64,000 nucleotides of DNA, taken from the NCBI GenBank assembly GCA_030704615.1, contig CM060733.1, positions 29,884,001 to 29,948,000 on the forward strand. Direction: 5' to 3'. This document shows positions 1 through 12,021 of this stretch, one piece after another. Source of the DNA: Takakia lepidozioides (taxonomy: Eukaryota > Plantae > Bryophyta). The position numbers and the translations under genes are program-made. The notes under the pieces are model-generated. The model did not search any database. It saw nothing but the letters and a program-made list of their open reading frames with translations, and was not told the origin of the DNA. Position 1 is the stretch's first letter. The number at the start of each line of letters is the position of its first letter.

Positions 1-179
1 CCCCTCGAACAGTGTACCCCCATCATCACCCAACAGTACGCACTGCAAGTTTCTCCAGTTGTTTCTTCCAATTCCTCCGCTCGGATTCTCGGAACTCTTC
101 AAGGGTCTGTGGTTTGATTTATCCTCGTCGACGTCAGAATTTTCGACAGTATACCTTGTCTCCGGCGTAAAATCAGGAT

Positions 180-503
180 TCATGTCATGCCTTCTTTGAT
201 ACTCGTTATTTGAACTTCGCCAACATTCTATACCACCGGGGTCCCAATGGCCTCTTTCAAGGTGTCAGCATCCATATGTCCATAAGGAAGAGGACATAAT
301 GAGTGTGCTTCATCACAGGAGATGAGAACCACTGAAATGGTTGAGGAAGATAATTGGTGTCCATGACAGGTCCCAACCCCGGAGACATTAAGGCAGTCCC
401 CAGTTGCTACTGCAGATGAAGACCCGGGAAGAGTAAGAAACACTCTTTGACCTGTCTCTAAGCTCATGATCACCGGAACCTCCACTGCACACGCGAGGTT
501 CAA
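180..503 (-). pseudogene. CACTA Tnp1/En-Spm (TnpA-like) domain remnant
   Basis: VATGDCLNVSGVGTCHGHQL...ISVVL...CPLPYGHMDADTLKEAIGTPVV* fits the VA.G...HG..L...V.V...LP.P...L..AIG..V.W pattern; the expected Trp is a TAG stop. Confidence 0.55.
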
Positions 504-2580
504 GAAACTGAAAACCCCTCCGTAACTACCTTACTCACAGAAGTTTTCAGTATGAGTTGAAGTTCTATTCAAAGATGAATCAATACAAAAAAAGAAAATA
601 CCCTCGTGTAAGAACATTTCAGAGAAGTAGAATAGAAATGGAATTATTGTTTGGTCTGGAACATGTAATGTGAAGATGAAGTCTAATTATATAACCTCCA
701 CTGTACAGTGGAGGTTGGATGAGATACAGATGAAAAAAATCGGACGGATGAATACTAGTGGATGAATATGGTTACGTGGATGAATAATTGTAATGACGGA
801 TGAATGTGAGCATTGACGCGACTGTCTAGTGGAGGTCCACGACTTAAGGAATGACGAAATACAGAAATTGGAGAGATGGACAAATACAGTGAAATGATAA
901 TATTGGACTGTAATTTCTAAACGTGCAGATGAGAAATAAGTAGATTTTCCTGTAGACTATCGAAAACACACAGATGTCATAACATTTCCTACGGAAGAAA
1001 ATGCAGTTCACACGAGAGATTATGGAAATTCAAAGAGGTACACCTGCGATGGCCACAGAGGTACGGGATGCTCAGAGAAGTGCACTATGGGCAGTGAGGT
1101 GGGAGATGACCAGAGAGGTGCGGGAAACACAATCTGCAAGTGAGAGGTATGGATATGGAAGTTTGAACAGTGTGCACTCAGACCTTATATAGAGGTGACA
1201 CCAGGTTGCCCGCTGGAACCCCTCCAATGGGATATTGCAATACATTGTCTCACGAATCGATTTCCAGCGCCGTGGATATCCGATATCGCCACAATCGAAC
1301 GGTTCTGGCGGGTGCAGGAGTGCACTCTTTGAGCGATTTCGGAAATGAGTGTCATTTACTAGTAGAACCCTATGTCACAATTATGATGCCAAAATGATAA
1401 CGGCCGATAACGGTGGTTCAATGGTTTCGTACTGGTGCTTATAAAGCAGTACGTATTTCGCATTCAATGTTGTCTTCGTGGATCAAGGCCTAACGCCGTT
1501 GATAAGCGTTTCATGAAATCGTGCGGCTATGACACTCGGCAAAGAATGCGGCGGGCGTAAATGAGTGAGAGAGGAAATATTCCACGCCTGCATCCGCCGA
1601 ATGTAGACATTGTCAGGAGCAATAATTCCAAGCGGCAAAACGCCGCAATAGGATCTGATTTGTACGATAAATCATTATCGTCATGTGTGGGGTGTGGGAA
1701 ATATCCCGCGGGGTTATAATTGTTGATCCAGTGCAAGGGATCATTAAAGTCATATTTTCTCATTCATTCATCATTTTTCTCATTTCATCTAATCATTCGT
1801 CAAATGGATGGATAGAATGGAAAAGATAAATTGGATGATATTTGCATGGATGTTGGATGGAACATGCACGACCGTTTGATTTTGAAAGGACGCGATGGTT
1901 CAAATCCTTTGCGACTGCACCATATAAGGGGTGCGCACGTTCAGCCCACCCTTTCGGCACTCCATTGTGTTCGCGGAAGCGCTGCGGAAGTGGTAAGAGA
2001 GATGAGCGCTAGAAAAGAGACAGTTTTGTAGAGGGGAGAGCCTGAAGAGCAGAGAGCGTGCAATGCAGCGGGTAGATGCACGGTTGAGCGGACCAAAAGC
2101 GGCGGGTGCCGATCCACGGGAGTCCACGAAACTGTGGAAAAGGTGGGCCCTACACACACTTGTCGCAGCGCCATTGGCCCGATTATAAAATTTAACTCAA
2201 AATGAGTTCCCGCGCGCTGCAGGATGACGGGTTGAGAACCGCCGGCTGGCGGTTTCAGCCAATCGTGTCCAATAGGAGTGGCATGCGTGACCGGCGCCAC
2301 CGCCTGCCCTAGCCAGATGTATTCCTGCCTCCTCTATTTGTTCGTGCACCTGACTTCCCCACACTTCTGCGCAAAGATCTGTGCTATCTATGAAGACAGG
2401 GATGTTGCTGATTGCATGTGAAATGATAGACCAATTTTTTCAAAGCCCTGATGCTCATATGTAGTTGCAGAGATAAGATAAAGTAGCTTCAGTACTATTG
2501 TAAGAATGTACACTGCACGTCGCATGATCGTTGCTTGGTTATAGTGTATTTGAGTTGGACATTATTGGGCATAGAGGAAT

Positions 2581-5426
2581 ATGTCTACAAATACCTCAAT
2601 GCGGGGTGGCCATTCTTCTGAGAAGGCATTCATCTTGAGTGCAGGTCAACAGTCTAGTGAGAAAGTAGCGATAAAACGACTAGTGAAGGTAGAGCCATGT
2701 ATTAAGATACAAACTCAGTATGCTGCACCATGCAACACCGCCTGACATTATTTTTGATGAAAAGAGTGTTGTGAGTCGTGAGCTGTTTGCAAAGAAGTAC
2801 GGTCTGTGCAATGAAGGCATCCCTCCGAGAGGTTTGAAGGTAGATAGGGATTGTACAGAGGACGAAGTTTACAAGCTCTTTGGACCTTTAGTGAATAAAA
2901 ACGGGTACAACTACTTACACAATCTGGATGACGTAGAGCTTATAACGAGGTTTGAGGAACTATACATGATAACCCACCAAAGGCGAGTTGTGCTAGCTTC
3001 TCGTCTTGCTAACAAAGCGATAGTTCAAGGTATTGTCTGTGAGAGGAAAAATAGGAAAGTGAATTGGACAGTGTTTGTAGAGATTACAAACAAGGAGGCA
3101 TTGCGCATACATACCCAAGAGGCACTTGGAGCCAGAAATCGTAGCTTGTCTCTGGGTGAACCATTGGAGGAAGGCAACATTGAACCTGCAAAGCTTCCAC
3201 CACTATCAACCGTCCATGCAACAAAGGACAGAGCCACTACATAGACGTCCCTTCCAAAATGGAAGACTTCGTCAGAGGGAATGTCGAGGGCACTGAGCAA
3301 TGGCGAGATCTTCTGTCTTCTTTGGACACAAAGCTAAAACTGTCCTGGGAGTCTCTTGAAAGGTTCCAAACGGCAAGAGAGAAGTCTCAAGAAGATTTTA
3401 TCATAGTCAACTCTAAAATGCAAGATCGTCAAGAGTTACTTTCGAATGCAAACTTGAAGCTCGACTTGCTACTTAAGGAGCATGAGGTTGAAACCCTGAA
3501 GACGAGCGCATTTCCTTGTACAAACAGTGAGACAGAAGAACAAGTTTCACGTCGTAGTACGGTGGAAAACCTGCATCGAAGGATTGAGTCCCGGAAGGGT
3601 ATAGTTGAACACTTCAAGGAACTCATGGGGGAGCGGGAAACTGAGCATGTTAGCATATTGGAGAGGGCCCAGTTAGATGAAGAAGCGTGGTGTACAGCTG
3701 ATGCTCGCTACCAAGTTTGCCAGAGACAGAGAGCGGCCGTTGCTCATCAGCTTCATGCTATGGAGTGTGGCCACGATCGGCCTTCATTCAAACCCTCCCC
3801 AGTGCCGAATCTCATTGTTCAATCTCTTGACTTGAAAACTTCAGAATTTCTAACGATTTCGAGTTGTGTTTTCTGTGGTAAAGGGTTTCAGCCTGTATGG
3901 GACTCTATGGTGGTTTCGTGCACTCATGCGTACCACGCATGGTGTGCTGTAGCTCATTTCTCCTCATCAACGACCTGTTTACACAAAGATTGTGGGCAGG
4001 AGATGCATAATGATTGGTGGACGAGTGTTGGCATCAAGAAACCATCAACTCGAACCTGTGATGCAGTTCTTGCTGCTGGCCATTCGGAATTTAAAACTCC
4101 CAACAAACATGAGGAGCAGGGCCAAGCGTTCAAAGGCCAGCCCAAAACCATCCTTATTCATTTCACTCCATTTTCTGCCTTTGTACTGAGCCCAGAATCT
4201 TCGCTTGTTTTCTCGAGATAAGTCCCATCGTCTTCTTTAACAATATGGGGTTCCAATGATGTAGTCTTTGGCTCCAAGGCTCTGCATCCATATGCACCCC
4301 ATTTGTCCAATGTCATCCATAGAATCAATTGGAATTTCACCATAGTACTTGAGCTCCCCAATGTTACACATGTAGTGTTCAATGCATGATAGATGGAGTC
4401 CTTCGTCAACCCTTCACTTCATTTTGTTTCCTGAAATGCAGTACATGTTCTCTCCATGTCTCTTCTATCAGTCTTCCCACGTATTCACTACACTCCCTGT
4501 CAATACTTCACTCCATTTAGTTTCCTCGAATTCACATGATTTGTCCATGACCATGGTGCTATCTTTCCAAATATTCACTTCACTTCACTCTCCACCCTTG
4601 TTTTCCATTCATTGTCTGAAGTTTCCATAGTATGGATTAACTCCATGTTCATCCAGGGTTGTCATCTCTTACTTCTTAGAGAGTCCACAAGCTGCCTAGG
4701 AGAGTCCATTCTTACTCCATATATGTTCACTAGAATATATATTTGGAGTCCATGGCTAATATCTATTCATATGTCATGAACTGACACCTTCTCACTACAT
4801 TGTGATGTCATGATTGTTGGGTGGGAGCAGCCCCAACCCGCACTTCAATATCAGTTTCACACAAGAGCCATATTTCTCGCGTGCATTCCCGTGTTGGAGC
4901 ATGTTTGCTTAGCCCATCCGTGGCGAGCATTGACATGGCTGCCACATTGAAGCAACCAGAGGCTAATGGGCTGCATGAGGTGACCTCTCCAAATTCTAAG
5001 CTATACAATCACAAGGCACAGTTGGAAGTTGGTCTACATCATCACATGGAACAACATACAGGACTCGACACTGTTCTGAAAGCAGATGTTGCGGCTATGA
5101 TCACCCCTGGTACATCCCAACAGAAAATGGTAAAGAAACAATTGAACATGGCTGACAATGACTTGTAGAATTTGGACACTACTGACCCCTACTCTCATTC
5201 TGATACCAGCAATGGTATTGCGGCCCTGGATGTTGCTATGCAAGATGATGCATTATCCCCAACACCTGTGTTGAGAAGGTCCAACAAACAGGTTGCCATT
5301 GAAAACCATGAGGGACTTTCCCCTAGAAAGAAGCCTAGAAAACCTATTGTTCCTGTGAATCAACATCGGTCTACAACAAAGAACACCAGGGCTGTAGGAT
5401 TGAAGACACGACAGATGCACAAGTAG
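2581..5426 (+). pseudogene. Transposon-associated gene: plant-transposon-type N-terminal domain, coiled coil, RING-H2 finger; frameshifted
   Basis: ORFs 2720-3244 and 3259-4221 are in different frames. A helical heptad-rich stretch precedes C-x2-C-x14-C-x-H-x2-H-x2-C-x10-C-x4-C (CVFC...CTHAYHAWC...CLHKDC). Further probable exons lie at 4821-5426. Confidence 0.55.
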
Positions 5427-7399
5427 TCAACCTTGGTGAGGTATGCAGCTCCTGTTCCCAGCCATTTGGTATTTGCATTATATTCATATTGTTATGGTAG
5501 CACACCGTAATCTTTACCAATCTGCAGGATGCTACTCTATGAAACAAAGTAGCTACATAGATCATGAATGTACCCAGACACTCACACCTTTCTAGTACCA
5601 CATCTACAGGTGCATAACCTGCTTCCTTCATCTGCCAGACAATCTTCTCAGCTCAGCAAGGACTTATTCAATTTTGCAATGTTGATTGTCATGGGAGCAC
5701 GCTCTAATCTGTCCCAATCTGCAGGATGCTACTCTATGAGTATATCGATGTGAGCAGTATGGAGCAGTGGCTGCATGGACATATGGCATAGTCTAGTACA
5801 GTGACACTGGAGCACAGTCTGAGCTGTCTGAGGTGAAGTTTTGATTATTGGACAAGTTTTGTTGTGAGTTCAATAGAAAGTAACGTTGTAATCATTTGTA
5901 CTGCCCAGCCTTTGGCTATTTTGGAATTTGGCAATTTGTCAATGACAACTTGGAATTCGGTATCTATGGATGTGTCTGAGTTGTCTGAGCATGGCCATTA
6001 AGGTCAAGGTTTTGGTTTGAATACTATAGTGAGTACCCACCCCAAATTGAAGCCATATAATGGGTTGACTCACAGAAAACTGGGAGGCCAGATATCACCT
6101 TCAAGTCACTCCAACTTCTGAGCTTGTATCCTGCAATTGCAGTGAGCACTTCCTGCTCTCACCTTCTCCCCCTCTTTCCAGCTCCATGTAACCCGGTATA
6201 AGCAGGGCCTATGGTCTGAAGAAGACACTTAAAAAAACATAGGATAAATCGTAGTCCCCTCCCCTTTGTGTATTAGCTTTCATTTCCATGCAAATTTCAG
6301 CTCTCAATCTAGAGTTCCTGGGGAATTTTCTATCAGAGCTGACCCTTCTGGAGTATACCTTCCTGAAATACCTACCTTCTTTAATAGCAACATCTGCTGT
6401 CTTCATGGCTAAGCTCACCCTTGATTCGAATTAAGCCCTTGGGTAAGTATACAGAAGCCCTTGTTGAATGAATGCCAAATGTCTTCCCAAGTTAGGAAGT
6501 TTGGCGGAGGTATGTGCTGCTGCAGAAATGTGTCTATAAAATATTAAGTGCTACTGTGGCCTTAAGATATCAACAGCAGTGAAGAGAAACGCACCAAATT
6601 GTCCACCACCTGTCCGTAGGTAGCCTCTCTTGCGTCAGCCCTGCCAAGCAACACCAAATGTTTTATTATATCAATACCATCCAACATTTCCTCAAAACTT
6701 TGCCAGTCAGCTACATCACCAAAGGTGACAGAGGACTAGGAAGACCTGAGAGATAAGGCATGACGCTGTGAGTTAGGTTGATGACAAATATTCTCTACTG
6801 CCAAATTGGTGTTATACCTATATGTACTAGCTGATACATGTAACATCCAAAGTATCCATAGAGGGGTAGATGACAAACAATTGGCTTTTTATTTTCTAAG
6901 CTCCTCTCATTGCTCACGTTTAGCTTGAACAGCTGGCTGAGATGTTGTTTGCCATGAAGGAGGGATGAATAGTTCCCCAGCTAGGAACCTGATGCCAAAA
7001 GCAAAACAATTTCAAACTAGACACCTCTTATATATGACCATCTTTTCGCCTTTGTTTCCCCTTTATTCTGTTTTAGCTCCAGGGATTGCACGGGGGGTTG
7101 CTATTTCATGAGCGGCATGAGCATGAGCGGGAAAAAAAAAAAGCATGAGCGGACCATTGTGTGTCCACGGAAATAGGGTTAGGAGGCACGGAAATAGGGT
7201 CATGTGAAGTTGGAATGTGGCACCGTGGACTCGTCATAGCAATGAAATGCAACATTTTATTGCAAATTTTGTGGCAAGCCACATCTATACAAGTGTGTCC
7301 TAACTGTCATAGCCGGAATGGGCACTACTCTCTTACACCCTTCGAGGAACTTGCCCCACCTTCCTCCTCATCCCCCTCATCCCCCCAATCCTCCGAGCT

Positions 7400-9687
7400 C
7401 TATGATGCATCAGTTCTACTATGCCTCTCAAAAATTCCGTCCTCTCCTTGGGGGACTATCCACCTCACCTCCTGGGAATCTTCTGCCTCTTCTCCCCCAC
7501 TTTCCTCAGCAGAATCCAAGACAAATCTACAAGCCTGACGGGCTCTAATAGCTGCTGCCTCCTCCCTCATCTTCATTTTCTTGAGGCTTGCCTCGTCTAA
7601 AATCTGCTGTACACGACTAGGTTCGGAAGATCTCCTAATGGACACCGAAGCAAGCCGGGCAACATAAGTAGGAAGGATGTAGTCCCTTTTTGGACTTGAC
7701 ATGAAATCCCCCCTGGCAAAAAAAGGCATGTTCCTCCTGCCCATGAATTGCGGTGTAGACGTCCCTCCTGCAGTACTTGGCATCCTGCAGTAAGAACAAA
7801 TCCACTTTAAGAATGTCAATACCAGCAGAAGCCAAAAAGGGTCTTTCAATGAAATAAGAGAGCGAAGGGAGGTGCTTCACAAAATCAAGAGGCAACTTAC
7901 AATGCGACCACTCACTCGTAAACCGGGGGCTCATCGGCCTCAATCCCAACTTGTACCTCCCCCACCTCCTTCTCGGATTCTTCCTCATCCTCCGAGGATG
8001 CCTCTTCCTCTTTCGGCAGACGTTCAGCCGCTGCAAGTTCAGAGTTGTGGAGGGCAGTATCTGGCTCGAAGGCGAAGACATGCCTGTCGGACAACATCCC
8101 TGCCCACATTGAAGCACCTGAGGGACAAAGCGGGTGGTTAGTAGCATGCGGCATGCAATTGCAATCGGGCCAGGGGACAAAATGTGCACGTGAAGGCTTA
8201 CCCGTGCCGCATGTGAGGTCAAGAATCCGCCCTTGGACATCCGAGCACGTCTCCATGAGGGTTTGGATGAAAGCAGGGCTCCGGGTCCGGCTGTACCGCC
8301 ACGGTTTGCCTGTCTTTGTGTCCTTTGGCATACTGGATTGGGGCACATAGTTGTAGAGGACATCATAGGTAACATGGTCCACAACGGCATCAACAAGACG
8401 ACCATCATTGCGGAATTTGAACGTAGACCCTCTCTTCACAAAACAATATGCCTCAAACACCAATGTCTGCACATCCAACAAAAGAGGGATCCACTCCAGG
8501 GTCTAGTTTAGATACACCACAATATGAAGTGAATGCAATAGATTGATAACTTACACTCTGGCCCTCTGTTCGCAACCCCTGCGTATTGATGCAAAACCAT
8601 TTTTTCAGGAGGACTGGGGTGACACTTTTTGGTGTCCACCTTGCCACAACATTATCTGTGGTCTTCCCTGTTGTGGCAAGGACCACCATACATCCACCGT
8701 CATCCAGGAGCATCCCCGCTAGCCCAAACCCGGCTCTCCAGTAGTCCTCTGTAAACCTGTTCCAGGTGGGCACACCATCCAGGCCCTCCAGCAGCTCCCC
8801 ATCTGGAATATCGAGGAGAATTATATCGCAGGCTCTCTCCACCTCAACCCCCCCCCCGCGAGTGCTCTTGCAATCCGTGCTCACAGTCGTGAAGAATTCC
8901 ATCATGGCTTCCAAACCAGGGGTGTCTTTAGGCTCTGTAGCAGCAGCCCTCTTCTTGGCTTTCCCCTTCAGCTCCTCCAGAGACTTGCTGAGTGCCACCT
9001 TCTTCGCCCTGACAGCCAGAGCCTCAAGAAAGCTCTCATTGACGCATTGGATGATAGTTGGGGATTCTAGCTTTGGCCTTTGCGGAAACGTCACAACCGA
9101 ATACCGTCGTATAGGCTCGCCCTCAAATGCCAACTTCTTGGCAGAGCCAGTCCCAGTCCGAACTGACTTGGGAACCCGGACGACCGGTGACTTGGTCGCA
9201 GCAGCAGCAGCAGTCGCAGGACCTTGCACAAAGTCGTCGTCGGAGTCACTCCCTTGGGGCCCCTCCTACGCCTCCTCTGGTGCCCCGGTGGTTTTTTGTT
9301 TTTTGGGGGTTACTTAACTCCCCTGTTTCCGTGTCCTTTTCATTTGTCCTTTATTCTTCTCATTCAATTTCTCCTGAATACCTGCCTGAGCAAGCTCTGC
9401 CGCTTTCCTGGACTTGACAAGCGCTTTCGCCTCCTTTGGACCCAGAGGAGGCAGCGGAGCCCGGTTTTGTCGGGCCTCCGCATCCAGCTTCAATTGGAAC
9501 TCGGATGAGTCGAGCGAGCCGGGCGGAAGGTCCACATACCAAGGGCAGTTGCGCAAATGCTCCAGATGCCACTCCTTCACGATAACGTCAGTATACATGG
9601 AGTCAGCTCCAGGGTTCCTCTATGCGAGGAAGAATGGCGGCTGGAAGGACAGATGACCTTTCTCCAACAGGGAGAACTTACAGTACC
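7400..9687 (-). pseudogene. Element 1 accessory gene, 3' part: beta-class N4C/N6A DNA-methyltransferase-like domain with acidic tail
   Basis: Spliced exons ~9687-8555, 8466-8202 and ~8117-7915 with GT-AG introns. They give CDIILLDIPDG (motif IV-like), then RSPAFIQTLMETCSDVQGRILDLTCGTG|ASMWAGMLSDRHVFAFEPD (motifs X/I/II). The first exon has three in-frame stops. Confidence 0.7.
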
Positions 9688-9719
9688 TGCATTCAAAAAA
9701 CACAGACAGAATCACATCC

Positions 9720-10232
9720 ATTTTTCCAGACTGGGTCCGAAAATGGCTAAGTCCCAGATCTGACTGGGCCCGAAACTGGAATAACGGCGCCGAATTTCCA
9801 GAATATGTGCCATCCGCCCCAGGGACTTAGCCATTTTCGGACCCTGTACTGGAAAAATGACGCCATTTTTCCAGTACAGGGTCCGAAAATGGCTAAGTCC
9901 CAGATCTGACTAGGCCCAGAACTGGAAAAATGGTGCCGAATTTCCAGAATATGTGCCATCCGCCCCAGGGACTTAGTCATTTTCGGACCCTGTACTGGAA
10001 AAATGGCGCCATTTTTCCAGTACAGGGTCCGAAAATGGCTAAGTCCCAGAAATGACTGGGCCCGGAACTGGGAAAATGGCGCCAAATTTCCAGAATATGT
10101 GCCATCCGCCCCAGGGACTTAGCCATTTTCGGACCCTGTACTGGAAAAATGTGACTAGACCCGGAACTGGAAAAATGGAGCCGAATTTCCAGAATATGTG
10201 CCATCCGCCCTAGGGACTTAGCCATTTTCGGG
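9720..10232. repeat. 146-bp tandem repeat (~3.4 units) containing an 80-bp near-perfect palindrome
   Basis: gggtccgaaaatggc recurs at 9733, 9879 and 10025. The palindrome gggacttagccattttcggaccctgtactggaaaaatggc|gccatttttccagtacagggtccgaaaatggctaagtccc lies at 9822-9901 and 9968-10047, one mismatch each. Confidence 0.9.
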
Positions 10233-10239
10233 CTAAACC

Positions 10240-10440
10240 GGTAAACCGGAGCGCTGTAGGATGGAAAACCGGCGCCGAATTTCCATCCTGCAGGCAAGCG
10301 GGAGCGCGGCCGGATGGAAAACCGGCGCCAAATTTCCATCTTGCAAGTAAACCGGAGCGCTGCAAGATGGAAAACCGGCGCCGAATTTCCATCCTGCATC
10401 GGTCCACCTCATGGATGGAAATCCGGCACCGAATTTGTCT
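10240..10440. repeat. Four copies of the ~30-bp palindrome GGATGGAAAACCGGCGCCGAATTTCCATCC at ~50-55-bp spacing
   Basis: Copies near 10259, 10312, 10367 and 10414, in opposite orientation to the adjacent 96-bp array. Confidence 0.85.
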
Positions 10441-10577
10441 CTACCGGGCGACATTGGTGGGCATAACGTGCCAAAAAGTGGACCGCAGGCGAAAAACTCT
10501 AAGTTGAGTGACTGATTAGACAAAAAAACGCGAAAAACGAATCAAATTTGTTGATGAAGGGTCGATACGGGCGTCTG

Positions 10578-11780
10578 TTGATGGATATTCGGCGCCGTTT
10601 TTCCATCCTGCAGATGATCTCTTTCGGCCACTCCCCCCGAGACGACTCCATCCGTGCGGCTTGGGATGGAAATACGGCGCCGTTTTTCCATCCGGGGGAT
10701 GTTCTCTGTCGGCCAGGTGTCGGCCTCTCCCCCCGAGACGACTTCATCGAACGGCCTCGGATGAAAATTCGGCGCCGTTTTTCCATCCGCGGGATGTTCT
10801 CTGTCGGGCAGATGTCATCCTCTCCCCACGAGACGACTTCATCCGAACGGCCTCGGATGGAAATTCGGCGCCGTTTTTCCATCCGGGGGATGTTCTCTGT
10901 CGGCCATGTGTCGGGCTCTCCCCCCGAGACGACTTCATCCAACGGGCCTCGGATGGAAATTCGGCGCCGTTTTTCCATCCGGGGGATGTTCTCTGTCGGC
11001 CAGGTGTCGGCCTCTCCCCTTGAGACGACTTCATCCGAACGGCCTTGGATGGAAATTCGGTGCCGTTTTTCCATCCGAGGGATGTTCTCTGTCGGGCAGA
11101 TGTCGTCCTCTCCCCACGAGACGATTCCATCCGAACGGCCTCGGATGGAAATTCGGCGCCGTTTTTCCATCCGATTGGATATTCTCTGTCGGCCAGATGT
11201 CGGCCTCTCCCCCCGAGACGACTTCATCCGACGGGCCTCGTATGGAAATTCGGCGCCGTTTTTCCATTCGGGGGGTGTTCTCTGTCGGCCAGGTGTCGGC
11301 CTCTCCCCCCGAGGCGACTTCATCCGACGGGCCTCGTATGGAAATTCGGCACCATTTTTCCATCCGTTGGATGTTCTCTGTCGGCCAGGTGTCGGCCTCT
11401 CCCCCCGAGACAACTTCATCCGAACGGCCTCGGATGGAAATTCGGAGCCGTTTTTCCATCCGAGGGATATTCTCTGTCGGCCAGGTGTCGGCCTCTCCCC
11501 CTGAGACGACTTCATCCGACGGGCCTCGTATGGAAATTCGGCGCCGTTTTGCCATTCGGGGGATATTCTCTGTAGGCCAGGTGTCGGCCTCTCCCCCCGA
11601 TACAACTTCATCCGAATGGCCTCATTGGAGATTCGGCGCCGTTTTTCCATCCGAGGGATGTTCTCTGTCGGCCAGGTGTCGGCCTCTCCCCCCGAGACGA
11701 CTTCATCCGACGGGCCTCGTATGGAAATTCGGCGTCATTTTTCCATCCGTGGGATGTTCTCTGTCAGCCAGGTGTCGTCA
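10578..11780. repeat. 96-97-bp tandem array with ~13 copies of GGATGGAAATTCGGCGCCGTTTTTCCATCC
   Basis: The unit is directly visible and produces the 32-aa periodic ORFs in the ORF track. Confidence 0.95.
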
Positions 11781-12021
11781 CCCTCCGATTTGACGCCATG
11801 TCGAATTAAATTCTGCCCCTCATTCCTGGGTACGGCTATATTAAATGTTGCTCTTTTTCTTTGTCACTTGCCCGACCTTCGCTCGTGACCCACGCGTTTC
11901 AAACTGAGACAACAACAACACTTGCTCGCTCCGAGCTCCTCTCACTTCAGCTTCCCCACACTCCCCCTTCCCTGCGCACCCTCTTTGCTTCCTGGTAGCC
12001 CTTTCAATAGTCGGCGATGGC

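Larger units (their letters stand above)
1..6031. mobile_element. Right part of a probable CACTA (En/Spm) DNA transposon; left end outside the window
   Basis: Tnp1/TnpA-like ORF remnant at 228-503. Sequence ...atactatagtg ends at 6031 (reverse complement CACTATAGTAT), just after the 3' end of the cargo gene. The partner terminus and TSD cannot be checked. Confidence 0.4.

Noticed and set aside
6150-7084. Short exon-like pieces flanking element 1 (possible interrupted host gene)
   Set aside because: No recognisable protein could be assembled on either strand.
7400-9687. Bacterial contamination or recent HGT as the source of the MTase/ParB-like sequences
   Set aside because: The genes have GT-AG introns and sit inside a plant transposon (TSD-bounded in element 1) contiguous with plant host genes.
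9747-11888. Long overlapping ORFs (up to 383 aa) on both strands
   Set aside because: They are by-products of GC-rich 96-bp and 146-bp tandem repeats: open in several frames at once, with no domain signal.
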